A stretch of DNA of 58,745 nucleotides, the filler included. It is 3 parts of 3 records of this genome, joined end to end, with 100 filler letters (N's around TTAATTAATTAA, not from the genome) between each part and the next. Parts side by side here need not be neighbours in the genome. Positions count along the whole stretch, not along the records: positions 26,186 to 41,298 come from DRR723986_3466; 2 more parts are not named here. The stretch is one strand, 5' to 3'. Position 1 is the stretch's first letter. Each line of letters starts with the position of its first letter. The notes beneath the pieces were generated by a model that worked only from the letters and a program-made list of their open reading frames with translations, ran no database searches and had not been told where the DNA came from. Position numbers and translations under genes: made by a program. This document shows, piece after piece, positions 27,716 through 36,995 of this stretch.

Positions 27716-28501
27716 CTAAGCTCTCAGTACCGTACCCGTTAGCTTTCTGCCAACCAGCAACGTTAAAAGTAACACCAGCAAAACCATTGCCGGCAGGGGT
27801 AGGGTGTTTACCGCTACTGCATTCATTGCGGCCACAAACCAGTTGTTGCTGTTGCCGCTGTTAATTGAGTTAAAGGTGGCTGGGCTGCCCTGGGCAATCG
27901 CTTTGCCGCCACTTGCATCAATGTCTCGAACATCCAGCCAGCTGACCGAGTCTGAGGCGCCGGATGCCAGATTGAGGGCTGCCGTGACGCCTGCCTGGCT
28001 GGTGCCAAGCAACAGGCGATTGCCGGAAACGCCGGCCAGCGACAGTCCGGCGGTAACGGTCTGGATTGAGCCGCTGCTGAAGATCAGCCGCTTGCCTGAG
28101 CTGGAAATCGCCGTCAGGCGGGCAAATGTCGTGTTGCCTGTCACGGTGGCATCTGCTGTGCTGCAGCCGTCGACGAACTGGACGTTGCCATTCTGGGCGT
28201 TGAACTGCCCGAGGTTCGTCCAGTCTCCGGACACGGATAAGGTTCCGCCACCAGCGTTCACTGTGCCGGCGTTGATGAGTACGTTCCGGGCGCTGACCAT
28301 GGCACCCGCGCTGATTGAGAGGCTCCCTGCAACCGTCAGGTCGTTGCAGCCCAGGTCGACTGACCCATTGCCCAGGGTCAACTGGCCACCTGCTGGCACC
28401 GTGATGCCCTGGGCAAGTGACAGGCTCGAAAAAAGAGCTAAAAGGACGCCTACAGCTGTGCGGATTCCGGGGCACAGCCTCAGAGGCGATTTAGATTGCA
28501 T
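27716..28501 (-). CDS. Secreted beta-rich protein with C-terminal IPTL-CTERM-like sorting signal
   Basis: Signal peptide, Gly/Asn/Ser-rich body, C-terminal VNTLP + hydrophobic helix + RK. Confidence 0.8.
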   Translation of the reverse strand: MQSKSPLRLCPGIRTAVGVLLALFSSLSLAQGITVPAGGQLTLGNGSVDLGCNDLTVAGSLSISAGAMVSARNVLINAGTVNAGGGTLSVSGDWTNLGQFNAQNGNVQFVDGCSTADATVTGNTTFARLTAISSSGKRLIFSSGSIQTVTAGLSLAGVSGNRLLLGTSQAGVTAALNLASGASDSVSWLDVRDIDASGGKAIAQGSPATFNSINSGNSNNWFVAAMNAVAVNTLPLPAMVLLVLLLTLLVGRKLTGTVLRA

Positions 28502-28755
28502 GGGGTGGAAGCCTGCTTCGCGTCTTAATAATTTTAAACGCTTTTAAATATTTTTAAACAGTCAATGCCCTGAAATGGCTCGTCGATGAGAGGAAAATGG
28601 GACAAAAGTGTGACGCAGTTCACATTTTAGGCCACTTTGATGGCGACCAGGATCTGGGAGAGGAGGCGTGACATGACATCAGCACTGGGTTGCTACCGGT
28701 TGCTATCGATAATGGGAACTTCGGCGACGCGGCCAGGAATTGCGAGGTATGCCCC

Positions 28756-29520
28756 TTGAGTCTTGAACTTACAAAACTCCTGTCGTTGCTGGCGTACCCG
28801 CTGAACCAGTCGCTGGTTCTGTCTGTTTTTGCGCTTCTCCTGCTGCTGTTCGGTGCCCGCCGCAGCAGCGGCTTGTTGCTCCTTGTCGCGACCTGTTGGT
28901 TGTGGCTGTGCTCCACCGCGATCACCGCGGACTGGCTGATGGCTCAGTTGGAGCAGGACTACCGACCCCGGGCGCTCTCGGTAACCCCTGAAGCGGATGC
29001 GATCGTCGTCCTGGGTGGCGCTACCCGGGGTGATACGCACATGAGCTCACTGGGCGATATGAACCAGCAGGCGGACCGACTGGTCCATGCCGTGGCCTTG
29101 TTCAAGGCAGGCAAGGCCCCGCGCATTGTGTTGTCTGGCGGTGCCCGGCCCGGCGCCCGACCTGAGGCGCAGCTGATGGCGGAGATATTGAGCGTGATGG
29201 GCGTTCCGCCTCGCGCTATCCTCACCGAGGAGGCCAGTCGGGATACCTTTGAGAACGCCCGGTACGCCGAAACGGTCCTGGCGGGCAAGGGCATCAAACA
29301 GATTCTGCTGGTGACTTCCGCTTACCATATGCGCCGCGCCGAGGCCCTGTTTCGGGTCCATGGCTTTGAAGTCACGCCCGCACCCACCGACTACCAGCGC
29401 CTGGTCGCTCCCCCGCTGGTGCCGCGGTGGTTGCCTACCGCAGACGACCTGGAAAGAACCACCCGCGCGGTCCACGAGTACGTGGGTTTCTGGGCCTATC
29501 TGGCGCGCGGACGCCTTTGA
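28756..29520 (+). CDS. YdcF/ElyC (DUF218) family membrane protein
   Basis: AIVVLGG, SGG, EA, SRDTFENA and LVTSAYHMRRA motifs, plus HEYVG. TTG start inferred from a GAGGT RBS. Confidence 0.9.
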   Translation: MSLELTKLLSLLAYPLNQSLVLSVFALLLLLFGARRSSGLLLLVATCWLWLCSTAITADWLMAQLEQDYRPRALSVTPEADAIVVLGGATRGDTHMSSLGDMNQQADRLVHAVALFKAGKAPRIVLSGGARPGARPEAQLMAEILSVMGVPPRAILTEEASRDTFENARYAETVLAGKGIKQILLVTSAYHMRRAEALFRVHGFEVTPAPTDYQRLVAPPLVPRWLPTADDLERTTRAVHEYVGFWAYLARGRL

Positions 29521-29601
29521 AAGCCAACCTCTTTGTGAACTCACTCAGGATTTTGTCAGCTTTTGCTCATTTTCCGGACCCGTCTCAGGTATGGTGCGCC
29601 G

Positions 29602-31458
29602 ATGACTAGGGGTCAAGGAGATTCAGGCGCGCTTGCCGCGCCATCGGTGCGCGGAGCCTGCTGGGGTACCGCCCTTGCCGCGGTGCTGCTGGCAGTGCTG
29701 GCGGGCGCCGCGACAGTCAAGACCGCGGTCGCCTTGAACCCCCGGGTCGTTGAATCAGACCTGCTGCAACAGTTCTCCCTCTCAGGCCAGTGGAAGTTTC
29801 AGCCCGGGGATGATCTCGCCTGGGCTGCGCCTGGATTCGACGACAGCGCCTGGCAGAGTGCATCCGTGCCGGGCCGCTGGCCCCGCGGGGGATACCCGGA
29901 GACAGGGCAGTTCGCCTGGTATCGATTGTCTCTGGAACTACCAGCCCTGGCGCAGTCCGAAGGCTTGGTCGATTTCCAGTTGGCCCTGCGCACGGGCAAG
30001 GTCATGAGTGCTTTCGAGGTCTATGCTGGCGGCCGACCGATCGGTGGCGTGGGTAAGCTGCCGCCACTCGCGGAGAGTAACTACGACCAGATTGAGGTTC
30101 TCAGAATACCGGCTTCCGTGCTCACCGTGGATGGCACCCTGGTACTGGCGCTGCGGGTTTGGGGCGGCGATGCCTCGTCCGTTGGCGTGTGGGGCGGAGG
30201 GCCATTTGATGGCGAATTTGTTCTGGGTGATTACGCTGACCTGTTGTTCACCGGCATCATGGGCCAGTTGCCCGGGTTGATGGTCTGCGTGCTGTTTTTT
30301 GGCTTTGGCATCTATCATATCTATCTCTACCGACGTAACCCGCAGCTATTGACCTATCTCTGGTTCGGCCTGATGGCTGTCAATATCAGTATCTATGGCT
30401 TGATGCTCAATCAGTGGAAGTTTGTCCTTGATCTTTCCTTTGTAACGTACAAGAAGATTGAGTTCGGCAGTATTTACCTGTTTCCTGCTATCGTGATCCA
30501 GATGCTGTGGACCTTGCTGGACGGCCGCATCGGGGCATTGCTCAGGAGTTACCAGGTCAGCTTTGTCGTAGCGGCACTGCTGGTGGTGGCGATTCCCGGC
30601 CTGAAAATTCATGCGGCGACCCTGGCCTATTTCCAGTTCTGGTGCCTGCCGTTGCTGGTGTTGGCACCGTGGTTTATGAGCAGCAAGCTGCGCGCCGGGC
30701 ACCCCGAGGCCCGCACCCTGTTCTTTGGTGTGATGGTGTTCTTCGCCACGTGCGTCAACGACCTGTTGATCGATTTTGCCCAGGTGGATACTGCGCGCCT
30801 GATGCCCTATGGCTTCGTGGCGATCATGCTGGCCATGGCGGTTTCGCTGGCCAACCGCTTCACCACCAATCTCAGCACCCTGGAAGAGGAGGTGGCCGAG
30901 CGCACAGCGGAGTTGAGTGCTGCCAATGAACGCCTGGCTGACGCGGCGCGCATGGATCCGCTCACCGGCGTATTCAACCGCCGGGGTTTTACCGAGGAGG
31001 CGCAGGTTGAAATTCAGCGGGGCTTCCGCGGCGGCAAACCCTTCGCGATCCTGCTTGCTGACATTGACCACTTCAAGCAGTTTAACGACCGTCAGGGTCA
31101 CGCCTGTGGCGACCATGTGCTGGTGCGTGTTGCCGATATGTTGCGCAAGCGTGTCCGCGATGTGGATCGCATCGCGCGCTGGGGTGGGGAGGAGTTCATC
31201 ATGCTGCTGCCTGAAACCGATGAAGTGGGCGCAAAGGTGCTGGCGGAAAAGCTTCGCCAGTCGGTAGCCGACAACCTGTTTGAATACGAGGACAGACGCC
31301 TGGCTATCACCATGACCTTTGGCGTCGCGGTTCACCGTAAGGGCGAAACTCTCGAGGACTGCACCGCGCGCGCCGATGCGGCCCTCTATCGTGGCAAGGA
31401 AGCGGGCCGCAATACGGTGGTGGTAACGGGCAAGTCCGACCTCACCATCGTGAACTGA
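29602..31458 (+). CDS. Membrane diguanylate cyclase with periplasmic sugar-binding-like domain and 7TM region
   Basis: LSGQWKF.PGDD..WA...FDDS.W..VPG.W domain, about seven TM helices, DIDHFK.FND..GH, RDVD I-site and GGEEF. Confidence 0.92.
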   Translation: MTRGQGDSGALAAPSVRGACWGTALAAVLLAVLAGAATVKTAVALNPRVVESDLLQQFSLSGQWKFQPGDDLAWAAPGFDDSAWQSASVPGRWPRGGYPETGQFAWYRLSLELPALAQSEGLVDFQLALRTGKVMSAFEVYAGGRPIGGVGKLPPLAESNYDQIEVLRIPASVLTVDGTLVLALRVWGGDASSVGVWGGGPFDGEFVLGDYADLLFTGIMGQLPGLMVCVLFFGFGIYHIYLYRRNPQLLTYLWFGLMAVNISIYGLMLNQWKFVLDLSFVTYKKIEFGSIYLFPAIVIQMLWTLLDGRIGALLRSYQVSFVVAALLVVAIPGLKIHAATLAYFQFWCLPLLVLAPWFMSSKLRAGHPEARTLFFGVMVFFATCVNDLLIDFAQVDTARLMPYGFVAIMLAMAVSLANRFTTNLSTLEEEVAERTAELSAANERLADAARMDPLTGVFNRRGFTEEAQVEIQRGFRGGKPFAILLADIDHFKQFNDRQGHACGDHVLVRVADMLRKRVRDVDRIARWGGEEFIMLLPETDEVGAKVLAEKLRQSVADNLFEYEDRRLAITMTFGVAVHRKGETLEDCTARADAALYRGKEAGRNTVVVTGKSDLTIVN

Positions 31459-31475
31459 CTTCTGCTGCGGCCGGT

Positions 31476-31868
31476 TCAGCTGTAGCGCAGCTTGTACTCA
31501 CTGTAGCTGATCCCGGTCCAGCGGCGGAAGGCGCGGTAGAAGCTGTTTACCTCGATATAGCCCAGCTCATCCGCCATGCACTTCCCCGGTAGCCAGTTCT
31601 GGCGCAGCCGGCGTTCGCAGCGATACTGCCTTGCCCGATCCAGCAGGAATTGGTAGCTGGTGTGGTCGGCTCGCAGGCGTCGTCTCAGGGTGGTGCAGCT
31701 GATGCCGAGCTGCTCGGCAACTGACTCGGAGCGAATCCTGCCGAGATCGCCCTGCAGCAGTATCTGCAGCACTTTGTCGGTTGTGCGTGAGAGAGCGAAA
31801 TATCGGGGTTTTTCCGGCGGTGGCGCCTGAACGGGCGCCGCGCCGCTGGGTAGCAGATGGGTTTCCAT
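31476..31868 (-). CDS. Stand-alone AraC-type HTH protein
   Basis: VAEQLGISCTTLRRRL and LGY.EVNSFYRAFRRWTG motifs. No ligand-binding domain. Confidence 0.85.
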   Translation of the reverse strand: METHLLPSGAAPVQAPPPEKPRYFALSRTTDKVLQILLQGDLGRIRSESVAEQLGISCTTLRRRLRADHTSYQFLLDRARQYRCERRLRQNWLPGKCMADELGYIEVNSFYRAFRRWTGISYSEYKLRYS

Positions 31869-32006
31869 GGTAAACGTCCTTGTTTTTTCATGGTGGTTTC
31901 TGTGTCGGTTGTTTAATCTTCCCGGGGCGACCGTCCGTGGTACTCCGAGACTGGAAAGCCTAGCAGAAGAAACTATTGTCGTGGAACTTTGGACGCATCT
32001 GCTGGA

Positions 32007-34004
32007 TCAGGCCCTGGTGTTGGCGGGCCCAGGGAGCAGGATATCGGCCAGCGGGCTGTTTGCATCATCGGGTATCGGGCAATCCATGACCGCCGCCAGC
32101 GCGCGCACCAGCTCACGTTCCTTGTCACAGACGTCGCCATTGGCGCTGGCCGCCAGCGCCATGGCCTTGAGGATACGGGGTTTGAGCAGGGGGTAGCAGT
32201 CACCCAGTTCCTGGGCGGCTTTGCTGAAGCCCGCCACCGAACACTGCGCCAGCGGTAACAAGGTCAGTGTGTCGAGCCCCAGTTCGGCGGTCCCCCGGCG
32301 AAAGGCCTGCTCGGCGGAGCCGCTACCCTCGTGGGCCAGCACTGAGAGCACGTTGCGCAGCGGATCGGCAACCCGCGCCAGGCGCCGGTACCGAGGCCGG
32401 CTTGGCTTGACCTGGACGAATTCGGGGTCCAGGTAGTGACGCAGCAGCTGGAACAGGCACCACTCGTACAGCTCGGTCTTCTGGTCGGCTTTGATGATCG
32501 CCAGCAAGGTGTCCTTGAAGCTCCGGTACTGGCGGGCGGACATACTTTTCAGGGCGGGCAGGCACAGCTCGAGCAGCGGCAGCCGTTGGACGGGCCCCAA
32601 CTCGTGGACGCCGGGTGCCAGGGTGTTCACCAGTTCGGTCAATCCTTGAGTACCGGTCGCCTGGATTTGACTGAGCTGGATGTCGCGAACCGCAGGGTCC
32701 CTGCTGATCAACAGGGATAGCATCAGGGCACTGGCGCCCAGTGGCTCGTGGCTATGCCCTACGAATGCCGCCGGCAGGGCGTAGCGACTTGCGGTCTGGG
32801 CCTCCAGCTCGGTGGCGTCGGGGCCGAAGTCAGCGTCCGCCAGGGCTTCCTGTACACCGCCTACATCACCCAGGGCGGCCGCTGCCGCTGCAGCGACGAT
32901 AGCGGCGCGTCCGACGCCGACCTCGCCGGCCCCGGGCCTGCTGGGCTCTTCCACGTAGTGTGTCACTTTGCGTTCCGTGTACTTGCCGTCCCATCTGGGA
33001 TCGATACGCCGGATCCGTTGGTCCAGCGGTGGATGGGTGGCGAACAGCTGCCACAGGCGGTGCTCGATCTGGCCGAAAAAGATGTGTGACAACTCGGCCG
33101 CGCGCGCCGCGTGGACCAGGGTTCCGGGAATGTAGCCGCCAATCACCTTGAGTGCGCCACCGATTCCCTCGGCATCGCGGGTGTACTGCACGGCGCTGGC
33201 ATCGGCGAGAAATTCCTTCTGTCGGCTGATCGCTGCCTTGATGAAGCCAGCCGCGAGCCCTCCCAGCCAACCCAACAGCAACAGTGCCAGGCCCAGGATC
33301 GACAACGCTGGCCCACCATCCTTGTTGTTGCTCAGCCCCGTGCGGTGGTGGTTGCTTGAGCGCAACAGGAAGTGCCCAACGTCACCGACGAAGGTGATGC
33401 CCTTGAGCATGGCGGCGAGGCGGATATTGAGGCGCATGTCGCCATTGAGAATGTGGCTGAATTCATGGGCGATCACCCCCTGCAGCTCGTTCCTGTGCAG
33501 GTGCTCCAGGGTGCCCCGGGTGACCGCGACCACCGCATCCGCCGGGCTGCTGCCCGCCGCGAAAGCGTTGATACCCCGTTCGCTGTTAAGTACGTAGACC
33601 GGCGGCACTGGCATATTGGCGGCCAGCGCCATCTCTTCCACCACGTTGAGGCAGCGCCGTTCGGCCTTGTCCCGGGTCTGGGGCACGATCCGGGTGCCAC
33701 CCATGCCTTCGGCGACGGCTTTGCCGCCGGAGGATAGCTGTAGCCACTTGACCATGACGACCATGGCCACGGTGGCGGTGATTCCCAGGCCGATACTGCC
33801 AAAGCGCGCCCAGCTGAAGTAGGACCAGAAGCCGGCCATTCCCTCGCGGTTACCGGCGTAGATGTTGTAATCCTGGCTGAAGAACAGGAACGCCGCGACA
33901 GCCATATTGGTCAGCACGATCAGCCCGAAGACGGCGGCCAGGAACAGGAGTAACAGCAGCCGCGCATTGCGCCGGGCAAGATCCTGTTGTTCGAAAAAAT
34001 TCAT
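32007..34004 (-). CDS. M48 (HtpX-like) zinc metalloprotease with C-terminal extension
   Basis: INAFAAG, HEFSH, EFLADA and THPP motifs. Downstream of lemA. Confidence 0.92.
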   Translation of the reverse strand: MNFFEQQDLARRNARLLLLLFLAAVFGLIVLTNMAVAAFLFFSQDYNIYAGNREGMAGFWSYFSWARFGSIGLGITATVAMVVMVKWLQLSSGGKAVAEGMGGTRIVPQTRDKAERRCLNVVEEMALAANMPVPPVYVLNSERGINAFAAGSSPADAVVAVTRGTLEHLHRNELQGVIAHEFSHILNGDMRLNIRLAAMLKGITFVGDVGHFLLRSSNHHRTGLSNNKDGGPALSILGLALLLLGWLGGLAAGFIKAAISRQKEFLADASAVQYTRDAEGIGGALKVIGGYIPGTLVHAARAAELSHIFFGQIEHRLWQLFATHPPLDQRIRRIDPRWDGKYTERKVTHYVEEPSRPGAGEVGVGRAAIVAAAAAAALGDVGGVQEALADADFGPDATELEAQTASRYALPAAFVGHSHEPLGASALMLSLLISRDPAVRDIQLSQIQATGTQGLTELVNTLAPGVHELGPVQRLPLLELCLPALKSMSARQYRSFKDTLLAIIKADQKTELYEWCLFQLLRHYLDPEFVQVKPSRPRYRRLARVADPLRNVLSVLAHEGSGSAEQAFRRGTAELGLDTLTLLPLAQCSVAGFSKAAQELGDCYPLLKPRILKAMALAASANGDVCDKERELVRALAAVMDCPIPDDANSPLADILLPGPANTRA

Positions 34005-34093
34005 CGGAGATCAGGGCCTGTCTGACGCCCCTCGCCGCGCGTGCGGCGATGGGCAGGCCAGGCGGGAACCGGGACCCGGTGTGTCACCTGGCC

Positions 34094-34690
34094 CTAGAAC
34101 GCCACCTTGGGCGCTGCCTGGATCTGGGCGGAGTCATCAAACTCCAGCAGCTGGGCATCGGTGGGATGACCGAAGCGGCCAGCAAAGAATACCGGCGGGA
34201 AGCTCTGCCGATAGGTGTTGTAGGTCATGACCGCATCGTTGTAACCCTGGCGGGCGAAAGCCACCCGGTTCTCGGTCGAGGTCAGTTCCTCGGACAGCTG
34301 TTGCATGTTCTCGCTCGCCTTGAGGTCCGGGTACGCTTCCAGAGTCACGTTCAGCTTGCCCAGTGCGCCCTGCAGGGCGTTCTCCGCGCCCGCCAGTTTG
34401 CCCATGGCAGCGCCGCCGATATTGCCCTCACCCATACCCTTGAGGATCGCAGCGGCCTCGTTGCGTGCCTCGATAACCGCCTCCAGGGTTTCCCGCTCAT
34501 GCTGCAGGTAGCCCCTGGCGGTTTCCACCAGGTTGGGAATCAGGTCATAGCGCCGCTTCAGCTGCACTTCGATTTGCGAGAAGGCATTGAGGAAGCGGTT
34601 CTTGAGAGTGACCAGGGTGTTATAGATGTTGACGACGTAGATCACCAGGCCAAGGATCACCAGCCAGAATACGATTGTCGAAAATTCCAT
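34094..34690 (-). CDS. lemA: LemA family protein
   Basis: QLKRRYDLIPNLV, EAYPDLKA and STENRVAFARQ.YND motifs. Confidence 0.95.
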   Translation of the reverse strand: MEFSTIVFWLVILGLVIYVVNIYNTLVTLKNRFLNAFSQIEVQLKRRYDLIPNLVETARGYLQHERETLEAVIEARNEAAAILKGMGEGNIGGAAMGKLAGAENALQGALGKLNVTLEAYPDLKASENMQQLSEELTSTENRVAFARQGYNDAVMTYNTYRQSFPPVFFAGRFGHPTDAQLLEFDDSAQIQAAPKVAF

Positions 34691-34766
34691 GGGATGCGTC
34701 CTCTGCAGGTTCAGTGTCTTCCTGAGTCTAGTCCATTAATCGGAACATCTCAGCTGGGCCGGTGCC

Positions 34767-36887
34767 TCAAACAGGCGCGACGGTAACATGTACCCCGTTG
34801 ACCGCCGCGTTGCCGGACAGGGCGTCCAGGTAGGTCTCATCGGTGATGTCATTACAGGAAACCCCGGCGTGCCTGGCCGCGGTCTGCATACGGATGCCGG
34901 CGCGATTGTGGCCGAAGCCGTGCGGCAGGCTGACCACGCCTGGCATCATGTCCTCGCTGGCTTCCACTGCCACGTGCACAGTGCCCGCACGGGAACTGAC
35001 CGCCACTTCGGCACCGTCGGTGATGTCCCGTTGGGCCATGTCCTCCGGGTGCATGAGCAGGGTGCAGCGGTCGCGGCCTTTTACCAGCCGGCGGTAGTTG
35101 TGCATCCAGGAGTTGTTGGAGCGTACGTGGCGACGCCCGATCAGCTGCAGGAGGCCATCGCGGGTCGTCGAGAACTCCTTGCGTAAGCGCTGCAGGTCAC
35201 CGATTGCCTCCGGTACTGCGCAGCGAATGGTCTTGTCCGGGGTCATCAGGCGCCCCGGCAGCAGGGGCTTCAGGGGTCCGAGGTCGATGCCCGAGGGGGC
35301 TTCCCTGAGCCGGGCAAGGCTCAGTGCGTGGTCGCTGCCCTGGCTTTCGCCGTAGGGTCCAAACTTCAGTGCCATGTCCACCAGCTGGTGGGGCGGCGTC
35401 GGCTGGCGTGGCTCCTCACCCAGAGCGGCGGCGATGCGGTTGCCCAGTTCGGTGAAAATCTCCCAGTCGTGCAGGGCATCTTCCGGCTTGTCGAATACCG
35501 GCTCGTTGTAGCGCGTGGTGTTGCGAATGGCGTTGATGTGAAAACCGATGTCGTAGTGATCGTGCTCCAGTGGCGAGGTGGGCGGCAGGATGATGTCCGC
35601 GTGGCGGGTGGTCTCGTTCAGGTAGGGATCCAGGGACACCATGAATTCCAGTTGCTCCAGCGCCTCATCCAGCTGGCGACCATTGGGTGTGGACAGCACC
35701 GGGTTGCCGGCACCGGTGAACAGGGCGCGAATCTGGCCATCCCCGGGCGTGGTGATTTCCTCTGCCATCGCCGATGCCGGTAGCTCCCGGTCAAACTCCG
35801 GCAGGCCGCGGACCCGGCTGTGGTGACGAGCGAAGCCGCCAGGACTGATCGAGGCTACCTGGTCCATGGCCGGCAGGGTGAACATCGAGCCGCCCGGCTG
35901 GTCCAGGTTGCCGGTCGCCACATTGAGTACCTGGATCAGCCATTGGCAAAGCGCACCGTAGGCCTGGGTGGAGACCCCCATGCGCCCATAGCAGATGGCG
36001 GCATCGGCGGTGGCGAATTCGCGGGCGATGCGACGGATGTCGTTGGCGGCGATGCCACAATGAGCGGCGGCGAGCTCCGGCGTGAAGCCGGTCAGGGCCT
36101 CGGCGACTTCGTCCAGGCCCGTGGTAAAGGCGCTGAGGCGGCCGGGGTCGGCCAGGTCTTCATTGAATACCGTGTGGAGCAGGGCAGCGAGGAACAGGGC
36201 ATCGGTGCCCGGGGTAATGAACTGGTGCTCGCTGGCCAGCTCCGCGGTTTCTGTGCGCCGGGGGTCGATTACCACCAGTTTGCCGTTGCGCTTTTTGAGG
36301 TCCTTTATGCGCTTGCGCACATCCGGCACGGTCCAGATGCTGCCATTGGAAGCGATCGGGTTGGCGCCGAGCATCAGGAAATAATCACTGCGGTCGATGT
36401 CCGGTATCGGAAACAGGGATTTGTGGCCGAACATCCACAGCGATGTCAGGTGGTGCGGTAGTTGGTCGACCGAGGTGGCGGAGAAGCGGTTGTTGGTGCG
36501 CAGGAAGCGAAACAGGTTGTTCTGGTGCGTCATCATGCCGTAGTTGTGCACGGTCGGGTTGCCCAGGTACACGCCGATGGCATGGACGCCGTGTGCGTGA
36601 TAAATCGCCATCAGGCGATCGGCGGTGGTGTCCAGGGCCTCCTGCCAGCTGATCTCCCGCCATTCGCTGCTGCCGTCGGCCCCCCGGACCTTTTTCAGCG
36701 GCCTGCGCAGGCGATCCGGGTCCTCGTGGATGTCGCGCAAGGCGACCGCCTTCGGGCAGATGTGGCCGCGGCTCAGCGGGTCGTTCTTGTCCCCCTTGAT
36801 CGACAGGATTTCGGCGCCGTCGGTTTCGATCACAAGGCCGCAGATGGCTTCGCACAGGTGGCAGGCGCGGTAGTGGGTGGTGGACAT
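34767..36887 (-). CDS. Molybdopterin-dependent oxidoreductase (uncharacterised DMSO-reductase-family member)
   Basis: CHLCEAICG...CPK 4Fe-4S motif, DPRRTETA, ADIILP and a C-terminal molydop-binding domain. Confidence 0.92.
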   Translation of the reverse strand: MSTTHYRACHLCEAICGLVIETDGAEILSIKGDKNDPLSRGHICPKAVALRDIHEDPDRLRRPLKKVRGADGSSEWREISWQEALDTTADRLMAIYHAHGVHAIGVYLGNPTVHNYGMMTHQNNLFRFLRTNNRFSATSVDQLPHHLTSLWMFGHKSLFPIPDIDRSDYFLMLGANPIASNGSIWTVPDVRKRIKDLKKRNGKLVVIDPRRTETAELASEHQFITPGTDALFLAALLHTVFNEDLADPGRLSAFTTGLDEVAEALTGFTPELAAAHCGIAANDIRRIAREFATADAAICYGRMGVSTQAYGALCQWLIQVLNVATGNLDQPGGSMFTLPAMDQVASISPGGFARHHSRVRGLPEFDRELPASAMAEEITTPGDGQIRALFTGAGNPVLSTPNGRQLDEALEQLEFMVSLDPYLNETTRHADIILPPTSPLEHDHYDIGFHINAIRNTTRYNEPVFDKPEDALHDWEIFTELGNRIAAALGEEPRQPTPPHQLVDMALKFGPYGESQGSDHALSLARLREAPSGIDLGPLKPLLPGRLMTPDKTIRCAVPEAIGDLQRLRKEFSTTRDGLLQLIGRRHVRSNNSWMHNYRRLVKGRDRCTLLMHPEDMAQRDITDGAEVAVSSRAGTVHVAVEASEDMMPGVVSLPHGFGHNRAGIRMQTAARHAGVSCNDITDETYLDALSGNAAVNGVHVTVAPV

Positions 36888-36995
36888 GTGCGGGCTCCTG
36901 AGAGTGATCTGTAGTTATTGCAGGAGCAGTATAGTATCAGAGCCGGTTGCGGCAGTGGTCTGCTAGACTACAGGGATACGATCAGACGGGCGGTC

